Assembly (NCBI GenBank): GCA_964523485.1
Contig: CAZFZS010000001.1
Location: 148,466-212,465, forward strand
Length of the DNA: 64,000 nt
DNA from: an uncultured Phycisphaeraceae bacterium
GTDB taxonomy: Bacteria > Planctomycetota > Phycisphaerae > Phycisphaerales > Phycisphaeraceae
Reading direction: 5' to 3'
In this document: one piece after another, positions 27,527 to 36,547 of the stretch
How positions within the stretch are numbered: position 1 is the first letter of the stretch
How the letters are laid out: each line of letters begins with the position of its first letter
Program-made: the position numbers and the translations under genes
Notes under the pieces: generated by a model
Told to the model about the DNA's origin: nothing
Database searches by the model: none
The model's input: only the letters and a program-made list of their open reading frames with translations

Positions 27527-28942
27527 ATGCTTGAAACTATTCTCCAACAAGTCGGCCAGGATCATGAACAGGCGGTCGAACGCCTATGTGATTTGCTGAG
27601 CATCCCCAGCGTCAGCACCGATCCGGCTTATAAGCAGCATGTCGAGGCCGCCGCACGATGGGTCGGCTCGACCTGCGAATCGATGGGGCTGACCGTCGAG
27701 GTCTGCCGACCGGCTGAGGACCAAGGCGGGCACCCGATCGTGGTCGCCAAGACCACGCCGCAGCTTGTCGCTGACCCGGATGCACCGCGGGTGCTGTTTT
27801 ACGGCCATTACGACGTGCAGCCGCCCGACCCGGTGGAAAAATGGTCGTCGCCGCCGTTCGAGCCAGCGGTGCGTGATGGCAAAATCTTCGCCCGTGGTGC
27901 CAGCGACGACAAGGGCCAGGTCGCGACATTTCTCGAAGCGGTCAAAGCCTACCGCGACACGGACACCCCCCTGCCCTGCCACCTGACTATCTTGATTGAA
28001 GGTGAAGAGGAATGCGGCAGCGTGAGCATGCCGGTCTTTCTCGAAAAACATGCGGACTTACTCGAAGCGGACGCAGACACCGTCTGCGTGGTCAGCGATA
28101 CGTCCATGTGGGATTCGCAGGATGCCGAATCGGGTTACATCCCGACAATCACCTACGCCTTGCGTGGTCTGGTCTATTTCGATGTCAAGCTACACGGCCC
28201 ATCTCGCGATCTGCATTCAGGTGTCTACGGCGGGACGCTCGCCAACCCCGCAACGCAGCTCGCCCGCGTCCTGGGCAAGCTGATCGATGATGACCAGCGT
28301 CTGACGATCCCCGGCTTCTACGACGATGTCGATGCGACCCAGCCTGCTGAGCATGATGCCTGGTCGAAGCTCGGCTTCGATGAGCACCGCTTCACCGGCG
28401 AGGTTGGCAGTGTGCCATTCGGCGAGCGTGACTACTCGACGCTAGAGCGCCGATGGACCCGGCCCAGCTGCGATATCAACGGCTTGTATGGCGGGTATAT
28501 GGGCGAAGGGGCCAAGACCGTGATCCCGACCTTTGCCGGTGCGAAGGTCAGCTTCCGCATCCCCGCGTCGATGGACCCCCGGAAAGTGGCACAATCGTTT
28601 ACCGATTGGCTTCACACGCACGACACCGGCGGCTGCCGATGGGAGCTGACCAACCACGGCGAGGCCGACCCGGTGGCCACGCCGACCGATTCGCGCTGGG
28701 TCGTCGCCGCAAGCAAAGCGATCGAGCAGGTCGCTAAGCAACCGCCCGCCCTGGTCCGCGAAGGGGCAACGATCCCCGTCATCGCCGAGTTCAAAAAGCA
28801 GTTGGGCATCGACACGCTGCTCATCGGCTTCGGCCTAAACAGCGACAACATCCACTCGCCCGACGAACACTTCGGCCTCGACCGCTTCCTGCTGGGCTGC
28901 AAAACCCACGCCGCATTGCTCGACGCAATCGCGAAGGCGTGA
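27527..28942 (+). CDS. M20 family metallo-dipeptidase (ArgE/DapE/Cys-Gly dipeptidase-like)
   Basis: YGHYDVQP, RGASDDKGQ, EGEEE, DLHSG, NIHSPDEHF. Confidence 0.94.
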   Translation: MLETILQQVGQDHEQAVERLCDLLSIPSVSTDPAYKQHVEAAARWVGSTCESMGLTVEVCRPAEDQGGHPIVVAKTTPQLVADPDAPRVLFYGHYDVQPPDPVEKWSSPPFEPAVRDGKIFARGASDDKGQVATFLEAVKAYRDTDTPLPCHLTILIEGEEECGSVSMPVFLEKHADLLEADADTVCVVSDTSMWDSQDAESGYIPTITYALRGLVYFDVKLHGPSRDLHSGVYGGTLANPATQLARVLGKLIDDDQRLTIPGFYDDVDATQPAEHDAWSKLGFDEHRFTGEVGSVPFGERDYSTLERRWTRPSCDINGLYGGYMGEGAKTVIPTFAGAKVSFRIPASMDPRKVAQSFTDWLHTHDTGGCRWELTNHGEADPVATPTDSRWVVAASKAIEQVAKQPPALVREGATIPVIAEFKKQLGIDTLLIGFGLNSDNIHSPDEHFGLDRFLLGCKTHAALLDAIAKA

Positions 28943-29188
28943 GACTGTTTTTGCCAGTGAACAATCGTAATAGAAGCTTCGGGCAAGGAACAAAAATACC
29001 CATTGTTTAGCGCTGCGCGATCCTCACACAATTCAAGTTCAAGGTTTCAGCGAAGGCCTGACAGCCTTAAAGCTCTCGGCTTACTCGGAGTTGCTGACAA
29101 TGAAGATTGAATACGCAGCATTCATTCCCTGAAAATAACTTTGAAAAATCTCTTCATTGCAGCCTCAAGCTTGTCGTAAAATTAAACT

Positions 29189-29959
29189 ATGTCCTGTGCG
29201 ATGAGTCCATCCGTTACGACGACGGTTTTGCTGATTACTTTGATGTGGGGCGGGATTGCCTCGGCTCAAATCGCTCTCAATCCCGGAAGCCCCGGTTCCC
29301 CCGGTTCCCCCGTCGACACCAATGTTGCGGATCACGACCCCTTGGCGACGAGCCTTCGGCGGGTCGAGCGGGGTAATGCGCAGTTTTCGTATCAGGCCCG
29401 GATGACTGTGGTCGACTTCGGCGTTGGTTGGCAGAGCGCCGGCCGAACCCAGCGCGACCCCGCGACCGGGTTGCAGCATCATCAGGCTTATCAGTACCGG
29501 GCACCGGGGGTGCGTGCCCTGATTGATCGGCCGGCCTATCTCGACCGGTCGTCGGCCGACGGCCTGCAAGCGACCCTCATCCCCGCCAACACCGTCTTTT
29601 TATTAACGCCGGAGAAACAACGCGAGCCGGATGTCGATCAACCCCTGCCGCCTCCGAGCAATCTGCTCGACACCCGCGTCGACTTCCGCATCGCCCCCGC
29701 CCCCGGAAGTGCCCCCGGAAGTGCCCCCGGAAGTGCCCCCAACATGACTCCGCGCACGCCGTTGACCGCCGAGCAATTGCAGGGTGCCGCATACCCTTCG
29801 CTTATGCAGCCGCCCCGGCCGATCTCCAATGCCCCGCTGATTCAACGACGAAGCAAATCGTCTGAGCCGAGCAACGGGGCGGAGATGATGTCTGACGATC
29901 GTCAATCGGCCTCGCCAGCGGAATCTTCAGTCGAGGAATCATCCGAAGATTCGCCTTGA
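29189..29959 (+). CDS. Secreted Pro-rich hypothetical protein
   Basis: Signal peptide (VLLITLMWGGIASA); GSP and APGS tandem repeats; start 29189 or 29201. Confidence 0.7.
   Translation: MSCAMSPSVTTTVLLITLMWGGIASAQIALNPGSPGSPGSPVDTNVADHDPLATSLRRVERGNAQFSYQARMTVVDFGVGWQSAGRTQRDPATGLQHHQAYQYRAPGVRALIDRPAYLDRSSADGLQATLIPANTVFLLTPEKQREPDVDQPLPPPSNLLDTRVDFRIAPAPGSAPGSAPGSAPNMTPRTPLTAEQLQGAAYPSLMQPPRPISNAPLIQRRSKSSEPSNGAEMMSDDRQSASPAESSVEESSEDSP
29699..29740. repeat. 12-bp tandem repeat (GCCCCCGGAAGT)x3.5, coding APGS
   Basis: Direct reading of the sequence; the unit contains the genome-enriched 11-mer. Confidence 0.95.
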
Positions 29960-29972
29960 TTTTTTTCGCCCA

Positions 29973-30133
29973 GCCTCCAACAATAGGGGTGACAGGCAGC
30001 AGACTGTCACCTGAAAGGAGGCCGACCGACGTGATGTACACCTGACAGATTGGGCTCCTGAAGCCCGCCGAGCGCCGCGAACGTTCCCCCTGATATTCTT
30101 TTCTCATTCATTCCCGCGCCGCTCGGTTTTTTT
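29973..30133 (+). ncRNA. Candidate structured RNA / attenuator-like leader upstream of upp
   Basis: GCCTCC/GGAGGC outer stem, GGTGACAG/CTGTCACC inner stem, 4-codon mini-ORF, CCGAGCG/CGCTCGG hairpin followed by T7. Confidence 0.4.
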
Positions 30134-30208
30134 ATGCGCGGATTGAATCGTGAATTGCGGCCAATACGCGAGACTTCGTGAGCTTTTGACGACCGATTGA
30201 TTGCACTT

Positions 30209-30844
30209 ATGCACGACCCGACCATCCATGTCATCGAACACCCGCTGGTGCAGCACATGCTGACCGATCTGCGGGACAAGCGGACGCCGCCGATCCGGTT
30301 TCGGCAGGCGATGGAGACGTTGGGCACCCTGCTGTGTTACGAAGCGATCCGCGGCGTGCCGATGATCGATGCATCGATCGAAACGCCGCTCGAGGCATTC
30401 GATTCGCCGAGGCTGCGGCAGACTGTCACGCTTGTGCCGATTCTTCGGGCCGGGCTGGGACTAACCGCGGGGATGATTCGGCTGTTGCCCGATGCGCAGG
30501 TCGGGCATCTGGGTATGGCCCGCGATGAGGAGAAGCTCGAACCGGTGAGTTATTACGAGAAGCTACCCGCGGATATTGCCGAAGGCCCGGTGCTGCTTTG
30601 CGATCCGATGCTCGCGACAGGCGGCAGTGCGGTGGCGGCGTTGGACCTACTCAAAGCGCGAGGCTGCCATGCAATCCATTTCATCGGTGTGCTCGCTGCT
30701 CCCGAAGGTCTGGACCGGGTCCGCGAAGCCCACCGCGATGTGCCGATCACCCTTGCTGCCATCGACCGCGAACTCAACGACGTCGGCTACATCCTGCCCG
30801 GTCTCGGCGACGCCGGCGACCGCGTCTTCGGGACACTGCCGTGA
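30209..30844 (+). CDS. upp: Uracil phosphoribosyltransferase
   Basis: HPLVQHML..LRD, VPILRAGLG, RDEE, DPMLATGGS, YILPGLGDAGDRVFGT. Confidence 0.98.
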   Translation: MHDPTIHVIEHPLVQHMLTDLRDKRTPPIRFRQAMETLGTLLCYEAIRGVPMIDASIETPLEAFDSPRLRQTVTLVPILRAGLGLTAGMIRLLPDAQVGHLGMARDEEKLEPVSYYEKLPADIAEGPVLLCDPMLATGGSAVAALDLLKARGCHAIHFIGVLAAPEGLDRVREAHRDVPITLAAIDRELNDVGYILPGLGDAGDRVFGTLP

Positions 30845-30857
30845 TCTTAAAACACAT

Positions 30858-32243
30858 TCAACCTTTCGCCCGGTTGCGATAATCCTCGGTCAACGGATGC
30901 TCGCGGAACCGCTGCATCGCTTCGGCATATCCCGGATCATCGAAAACATTCCGTGACTCCAGCGGGTCGCGTGAGAGGTCAAACAACACTTCACGATGCT
31001 CGGGTCTATCGCAGCTTTCGCGTGCGTAATACTGATATTTGAGATTGCCATGCTTGAGCATCAGATTCAGGCCTTCAAATTCCGAGACGGCGTAGTCATC
31101 CCATTCTGTCGCGTCGCCAGTCATCAGGCCGACCAGCGAGCGGCTGTCGAGCTTGCCCGCCGGGGTCAACGATCTATCCGGAGGCAGATCGAAACCTACG
31201 AGATCGCAGAGCGTGGCAAACAGGTCGCAGGTGCTGACGTTCGCATCGATGTGTCGAGCAGGGCCGGCTTGCGGTGGGCGGATGAATAGAGGCACTTTGG
31301 CTGACGCTTCGTAAAACACCTGCTTTTCCCAGACGCCGTGCTCGCCGAGCATCTCGCCATGGTCCGCGGTGAACAGAATGATCCATTCGTCAAGGTTTTG
31401 GCCGTGCTGATGAAGCGCTTGGACAATTTGGCCGAAGTCGTGGTCAACCTCATCGATCATGCCGTAATACGCCGCAGTCGCCCGCTGCACATCGCGGGGT
31501 GTGACATCCTCGCCAATCCGGACACGATGCTTTGACAGAAAAGGGTGGCCGGAAACTTCCTGATCAAAATACGGCTGAACACGATTCAGGTAGTAGTTAA
31601 ATCGATCCTCATCCGTGAAGTATGGGTAGTGCGGGCGATTCAAGCTGACCTTCAGCATCAGTGGCTGATGGCTGGAGGGACGGTCATAAAACGGATCGCT
31701 GAAGTATTCGCTGATGTAAGTCAGCGCACCTTCGAGTGCGAGCTTGTCATAGTCGTGGTTCGTGGTGCCGTGACCCACGCCGGCCCGCCGAACTTCCTTA
31801 GCGTCGCTCCATTTGGTCAGACCAGTTTCAGAGCCGGGCTTTACCGGTGCGTTGCCGCGGGTGACCGGGCGATTGACTGCGGTGTCCATACCAATGCGGC
31901 GGGTCCAGCCCTGCATCTGGTCTTCGCCCATGTGGTGGAGCTTACCGGCACAGCAGGTTGTATAGCCGTGTTCCGCAAACCATCGGGCGATGGTCGTCGA
32001 TTGCGGCGGCAGGTCTTGGCCGTAACGTTCAACACCGCAGGAACTGGCGGTTCGGCCCACCGCGATGCATTGCCGGGAAGGGACGCAGATCGGGCTGGGC
32101 GTATAAGCGTTATTGAAGATCACGCCGCGACTGGCCAAGGCATCCAGCACAGGCGTACGGATGATCGGGTTGCCGGCATAGCCCAGCACATCCGCGCGGT
32201 GTTCATCGGACATCAGCCAGAGAATATTGGGCGGCTTAGACAT
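30858..32243 (-). CDS. Sulfatase (choline-sulfatase-like)
   Basis: PNILWLMSDEH, CVPSR FGly motif, GKLH, TADHGEMLG, FYEASAKVPL. Confidence 0.93.
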   Translation of the reverse strand: MSKPPNILWLMSDEHRADVLGYAGNPIIRTPVLDALASRGVIFNNAYTPSPICVPSRQCIAVGRTASSCGVERYGQDLPPQSTTIARWFAEHGYTTCCAGKLHHMGEDQMQGWTRRIGMDTAVNRPVTRGNAPVKPGSETGLTKWSDAKEVRRAGVGHGTTNHDYDKLALEGALTYISEYFSDPFYDRPSSHQPLMLKVSLNRPHYPYFTDEDRFNYYLNRVQPYFDQEVSGHPFLSKHRVRIGEDVTPRDVQRATAAYYGMIDEVDHDFGQIVQALHQHGQNLDEWIILFTADHGEMLGEHGVWEKQVFYEASAKVPLFIRPPQAGPARHIDANVSTCDLFATLCDLVGFDLPPDRSLTPAGKLDSRSLVGLMTGDATEWDDYAVSEFEGLNLMLKHGNLKYQYYARESCDRPEHREVLFDLSRDPLESRNVFDDPGYAEAMQRFREHPLTEDYRNRAKG

Positions 32244-32252
32244 CGCTCGATT

Positions 32253-32963
32253 CTAAGCCAAGCGTTCCGCGCGTTCTGCCGGTGACCAGCCCCAGGGGTT
32301 GCTGAGGTCATGGACCCGACCCTCGTTGTTCGAGACGCCGTAGCACAAAGTGTAAGGCTCGGGCCAATCGCGGGTTAATGCGGCGTCGATCAACGAGCCG
32401 GCGTCGGCGTGGCTGAGCCAGACCCGGCGTTCCCAATCATCCGTGGGGTGGGGCTGATTGTCAGCGGTCACCGCGCCGTAACGGATGCAGGCGACCCGCA
32501 TCGCATCGTTGGTAAAGCGGCAAGCAAGCTCTTCGACCATGACCTTTGCGCAGCCATACGGTCCGTTGCCGCGTGGTTCATCGTGCGGATGCTTGAGGGC
32601 TGGGCCGGTCCAGTCGTAGAAGTAGTCGGCGTGCACCGAACTGGCCAGCAACACCCGGCCAACGCCGACAGTTGCCGCGGCTTCGAGGACGTTCAGGTTC
32701 ATCCTCAGGTTGTCGAAATAGTCCAGCGACTGCGGCGCATCGGAACCTGCATACTGCCAGGCGAGATGCACCACCGCATCAAGGTCGGCAAAGCGATCGA
32801 TGAGTTGGCCCGGGTCTATCAGGTCCGTGCCGTCGATCGACCGCGACATGGGAATGAGCTCGAAGCGGTCGGCCAGTTGCTTCATCAGCGCTCGGCCGAC
32901 CGTGCCGCTGGCCCCGGTGATGCCGACGCGAGGGAAATCGGATGGCGACTTTTTTTTCGGCAT
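32253..32963 (-). CDS. NAD-dependent epimerase/dehydratase (uronate-dehydrogenase-like)
   Basis: GITGASGTVG, VVHLA, ASSVH, YGCAK, WLSHAD, YGVSNN; ATG at 32963 (the ORF-track 5' extension is spurious). Confidence 0.85.
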   Translation of the reverse strand: MPKKKSPSDFPRVGITGASGTVGRALMKQLADRFELIPMSRSIDGTDLIDPGQLIDRFADLDAVVHLAWQYAGSDAPQSLDYFDNLRMNLNVLEAAATVGVGRVLLASSVHADYFYDWTGPALKHPHDEPRGNGPYGCAKVMVEELACRFTNDAMRVACIRYGAVTADNQPHPTDDWERRVWLSHADAGSLIDAALTRDWPEPYTLCYGVSNNEGRVHDLSNPWGWSPAERAERLA

Positions 32964-33002
32964 TGGTCGAGTGTACCGCGGAGGGTGTCTACGATGCGGG
33001 CG

Positions 33003-33236
33003 ATGGCGAAACACACTTGTAACATCGACGCGAAAGGCAAGGCCGTCCGGCTGATCGGCGGGTTCATCACGCTGCTGATCGCAATCTTGCTGGCCGTCAT
33101 CATATTGGTGGGCGGTCTCGCCCCGGTCTGGTGGTGGGCGGTCGTCGGCACATTGTCGGGCGCAGCATTTCAACTCTACGAAGGCTGGTCCGGCTGGTGC
33201 GCGTTGCGGGCGATGGGGTTTAAGACGCCGATTTGA
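33003..33236 (+). CDS. Small two-TM membrane protein (YgaP/DUF2892-like)
   Basis: CNID..GKAVRL, two TM helices, GWCALRAMGFKTPI C-terminus. Confidence 0.7.
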   Translation: MAKHTCNIDAKGKAVRLIGGFITLLIAILLAVIILVGGLAPVWWWAVVGTLSGAAFQLYEGWSGWCALRAMGFKTPI

Positions 33237-33244
33237 GGAGTGTG

Positions 33245-33300
33245 GCAGTAGGGCAGCAGTGCAGTAGAACAGTAGAGCAGTAAAGCAATAGAGCAGCGGG
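33245..33300. repeat. Degenerate 8-bp tandem repeat (GCAGTAGA)x7
   Basis: gcagtagg gcagcagt gcagtaga acagtaga gcagtaaa gcaataga gcagcggg. Confidence 0.85.
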
Positions 33301-33431
33301 TGCATTTTGAGTACCGTCAAGCTTGTTCATCGACGTTGCAGCTTCACAATTTTCCGCTTTTGCGTTTTATAATTTTCTGCTTTGCTTCCAACTTGCGCCG
33401 CCGCGATCCCTGCGAGAGATAAAATGGCCCC

Positions 33432-34067
33432 ATGGATCGCCCCGACACAAAATCAGCACTGCCTGTGATGTTGGATGTGGCGGATTGGCGGTGCGTGGTG
33501 GTCGGGGCTGGGCCGGTCGGGAAGCGGCGGGCGACGAAGCTGGCAGCGGCGGGGGCCAACGTGCTGCTGATCGACCCAGCAGAAGCAAGCGACCTTCCAG
33601 CAGGCATCGAGCATCAGCAAAAACCATTTGCCACCGGCGACCTCGACGGGGCACGGCTGGTCGTCATCGCGACCGGTGATGCCAAGGTGAACGCAAAGGT
33701 TGAGGCAGAGGCGGCCGCGTCGAGGCTGCTCATCAATCGTGCGGATGATGGCGGCGAGGGCGACGTGTCATTTATGGCCAGCGTGACCACGGGGCCGGCC
33801 ACGGTCGCGGTCGACTCCGGTGGCGGGTCGGCCGGCTTGGCCAAGCGAATCAGCCAGCAGTTGGCGGATCAGATTGCCCCGGATGACATTAGGCTTCTGG
33901 AAGCCGCGGCCCGTTGGCGGCCGCGTATCAAAGCGTTGAATTGGCCCGCCCCTCGGCGAGCACAGGCCATTGCCCGGCTGACGGATGACAACGCCCGAGC
34001 TATCCTTGCCCAGCGCGGCCCGGCTGGCCTCGACGCCCACTTGGCCAAGCTGCTATCCGACCCCTGA
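33432..34067 (+). CDS. sirC: Precorrin-2 dehydrogenase / sirohydrochlorin ferrochelatase (SirC/Met8, CysG N-terminal half)
   Basis: LPVMLD, VVVGAGPVGKRRA, LVVIAT, LINRADD, VAVDSGGGS..LAKRI. Confidence 0.88.
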   Translation: MDRPDTKSALPVMLDVADWRCVVVGAGPVGKRRATKLAAAGANVLLIDPAEASDLPAGIEHQQKPFATGDLDGARLVVIATGDAKVNAKVEAEAAASRLLINRADDGGEGDVSFMASVTTGPATVAVDSGGGSAGLAKRISQQLADQIAPDDIRLLEAAARWRPRIKALNWPAPRRAQAIARLTDDNARAILAQRGPAGLDAHLAKLLSDP

Positions 34068-34091
34068 TCGGCCGCCGCCGCCACCCACCCG

Positions 34092-35093
34092 ATGAACGAA
34101 CCGCTATTACCAATCGCCCTTTTCGTCCTCACGCTGCTCGCCATCGCGGGCAGTGTGCTGGCCGTGCGTCGGCTGCGGGCGGGGGGGACATCCGGAGATT
34201 CGCAAAGCCTCATCACCGGCTTGGATCAGCAAAGCCATACGGCAACACAGGACGGGCTTGTCCTGCTGAACATGCTCGTGGGCATCATCCTCATGGTCGC
34301 CGCCGGGCTCATCGGCAGCCGATGGATCGAGGCGTATCGGTTCGGCCAAACCTGGTCGCCCGTCACCGCGCACGTCGATGGCTTGCTGCTCATCGCCACG
34401 CTCTGGTCCGCGACGCTGCTCTACCTTCAAAGCCGACCGCGGATGCTGGGGATCAGCGCGTTCGGCCTGCCCATGCTCGCCCTGATCCTCGCTTGGGGCG
34501 TTTGCGCCTCGCTGTGGACCTACCGGCCATTCGATATCCACACCGTTTGGCGATCGGTACACCTGGCCGGGGTCTACCTCGGAACGCTAGGCGCCGCCTT
34601 GGCCGCGATCTCCGGGGCGATGTTTCTATATGCTCAAAAACGGCTGAAGAACAAATCCGACGTTGGTCAAGCGGCCCGCGATCGGCGGGTGCGGATGCCC
34701 AGCCTCGAATCACTTGAACGATTCATCCAGCAGGGCTCGATCATCAGCTTTGCCCTGCTGAGCCTGGGGATCGCGACCGGCGTAGTCATCCTTCTTGAAG
34801 AACAGACCATGGCAAAGGGCTGGTGGTACACGCCCAAGGTCATCCTCGCAGCGGTCTGCTGGGGCGTTTTTGCGGTACTGATCAACATCCGGCAGGCGTC
34901 GAGTTTCCGCGGCCGACGGGCGGCTTGGCTAGCGATCGGCGGGTTCGTGCTGCTGCTGGTGGTCTACGGGTTGGTGACGGCGGGGCCGAGTGATGCTCAA
35001 GAGCGATCCGGGGATTCGCAAAGCCTCATCCCCGGCCCGGAGAAATCGATCGTTCAGGACGTTGTCACTTCCGGGGGTGGGCCATGCGGCTGA
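34092..35093 (+). CDS. CcsA/HemX-family membrane protein
   Basis: About 8 TM helices, conserved His (SVHLAG), PSLESLE, degenerate WWD-like region (WWYTPKVI); immediately upstream of hemA. Confidence 0.8.
   Translation: MNEPLLPIALFVLTLLAIAGSVLAVRRLRAGGTSGDSQSLITGLDQQSHTATQDGLVLLNMLVGIILMVAAGLIGSRWIEAYRFGQTWSPVTAHVDGLLLIATLWSATLLYLQSRPRMLGISAFGLPMLALILAWGVCASLWTYRPFDIHTVWRSVHLAGVYLGTLGAALAAISGAMFLYAQKRLKNKSDVGQAARDRRVRMPSLESLERFIQQGSIISFALLSLGIATGVVILLEEQTMAKGWWYTPKVILAAVCWGVFAVLINIRQASSFRGRRAAWLAIGGFVLLLVVYGLVTAGPSDAQERSGDSQSLIPGPEKSIVQDVVTSGGGPCG
34189..34222 (+). repeat. Family-B 34-bp REP-like element (intragenic, hemX/ccsA)
   Basis: CATCCGGAGATTCGCAAAGCCTCATCACCGGCTT. Confidence 0.85.
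35005..35038 (+). repeat. Family-B 34-bp REP-like element (intragenic, hemX/ccsA C-terminus)
   Basis: GATCCGGGGATTCGCAAAGCCTCATCCCCGGCCC. Confidence 0.9.
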
Positions 35094-36547
35094 TGCTGCT
35101 GGGCATTAACCACCGCACCGCGCCCGTCGAGGTGCGCGAGCGACTCGCATTAGGCGGCGAGCAGTTGGGCCCGACGCTGTCCGCCTGGTGTGAACACTTT
35201 GCCGGGGCCGAGGCGGTGATGCTGAGCACCTGCAACCGCACGGAGCTTTACATCGCCCGACCCCACGAGGCCGAGCCGAGCATCGAACAGGTCCGGGCTT
35301 TCCTCGCGCAGCAGACCGATGCCTCGATCGAGGCGTTGACCGCCGCGTCGGTCCACCGCGAGCAAGGCCCGGCGGTTCATCACCTGCTGCGGGTCACCGC
35401 CGGGTTGGACGCGATGGCCGTCGGCGAATCGCAGGTGCTCGGCCAAGTCAAACGCGCTTATGAATCCGCCCAGCAGGCAGGCACAGCCGGCCCGGTGCTC
35501 AACCGACTCTTCCAACAAGCCCTCGCCGAGGCGAAGCAGGCCCGCCAAGCCAGCGGCATCGACATGCTGCGACATTCCATCAGCTCGATGGCCGTCGACT
35601 TCGCCAGCGATGTGTTCGACTCGTTCGAGGACAAGACGGTCGTCGGCATCGGGGCGGGCGAAATCACAAAGGCGACGCTGCGGCGGATGCTCGAACTGCG
35701 GCCCGGCAAGATGTGGGTGGTCAACCGATCGGCCGACCGGGGGTTGGCGTTGGCGCGGGGGTTGGGGCTGGTGGGCTCGAGTGACGGGGCGCGACCCGCG
35801 GATTCGCAGAGCCTCATCCGCGACTTGGCGAACATTTCCGGAGGCGCGAGGCCTTGGGAGGCGATGGAAGAAGTCCTGGTCGAGGCGGATGTGGTGTTGA
35901 CCGCGACCGGGGCGAGTGAGCCGATCGTCACCGAGGCGGGGTTTGCGAAGTTGATCAAGAGGCGTCGGAATCGGCCGATCTTCATGATCGACATGGCTGT
36001 GCCGCGCGACATCGAGCCAAGCGTCGGTACGCTGCCGAACGTGTATCTCTACAACATCGATGATTTGCAGCAGGCGCTGGACCAATCGCCGCACCGCCGC
36101 GAGTCGATCCAAGCTTGCGAAGACCGGGTGCGGGATGCGGCCGACCGTTGCCTGGGTGCGTTGCAACATCAGGACCTGGGCGTGCTGGTGCGGCAACTGC
36201 GTGGCAAGCTGCTCGCCATCGGTGAGCAGGAACGGGCCCGGACCCGCAAGAAAATGTCCGCCATGCTGCCCGAGTACGTCAGTGCCGACACAGGCGAGGC
36301 GGTCGACCATCGTGACCAAGTCGATGCACTGGGCGCGTTGCTCGATGAGCACACGCACCGGCTGATCAACAAGGTGCTGCACCTGCCGCTGCGTCAGCTC
36401 GGCCCGGAGCAGAAGGATGCCCCGCTGGGTTTCTATGCGGCCGCCTTGCGGAAGCTATTCGATCTCGATGGCATGTCGGGTGAGAGCGGGGAAAAATCAG
36501 CCGCGGATGAAGAGCGCGACGCCGACGTCGGATCGAGTCATGATTAG
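35084..36547 (+). CDS. hemA: Glutamyl-tRNA reductase
   Basis: LGINHRTAPVEVRE, LSTCNRTELY, GLDAMAVGESQVLGQVK, GAGE, VNRS, DMAVPRDIE, LYNIDDL. Confidence 0.98.
   Translation: MRLMLLGINHRTAPVEVRERLALGGEQLGPTLSAWCEHFAGAEAVMLSTCNRTELYIARPHEAEPSIEQVRAFLAQQTDASIEALTAASVHREQGPAVHHLLRVTAGLDAMAVGESQVLGQVKRAYESAQQAGTAGPVLNRLFQQALAEAKQARQASGIDMLRHSISSMAVDFASDVFDSFEDKTVVGIGAGEITKATLRRMLELRPGKMWVVNRSADRGLALARGLGLVGSSDGARPADSQSLIRDLANISGGARPWEAMEEVLVEADVVLTATGASEPIVTEAGFAKLIKRRRNRPIFMIDMAVPRDIEPSVGTLPNVYLYNIDDLQQALDQSPHRRESIQACEDRVRDAADRCLGALQHQDLGVLVRQLRGKLLAIGEQERARTRKKMSAMLPEYVSADTGEAVDHRDQVDALGALLDEHTHRLINKVLHLPLRQLGPEQKDAPLGFYAAALRKLFDLDGMSGESGEKSAADEERDADVGSSHD
35793..35826 (+). repeat. Family-B 34-bp REP-like element (intragenic, hemA)
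   Basis: GACCCGCGGATTCGCAGAGCCTCATCCGCGACTT. Confidence 0.9.

Noticed and set aside
29973-30022. Moco-riboswitch-like 3' end (GCCTCC...GAAAGGAG) and c-di-GMP-II-like words (GTGATGTA, TGGGCTCCTGA)
   Set aside because: The other helices required by each model are absent and the downstream gene does not fit; a cmscan would settle it.
30031-30081. Selenocysteine read-through of the mini-ORF UGA
   Set aside because: The following hairpin does not match bacterial SECIS spacing and read-through gives only a 20-codon peptide with no redox motif.
34198-34211. c-di-GMP-I riboswitch suggested by CGCAAAGCCTC in family B
   Set aside because: The P1/P2 tetraloop-receptor architecture is missing and most copies are intragenic.
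35788-35849. GGCGCGA direct repeats as a target-site duplication of the hemA insert
   Set aside because: They are 55 bp apart (not a multiple of 3), so simple duplication would shift the frame; may be chance.
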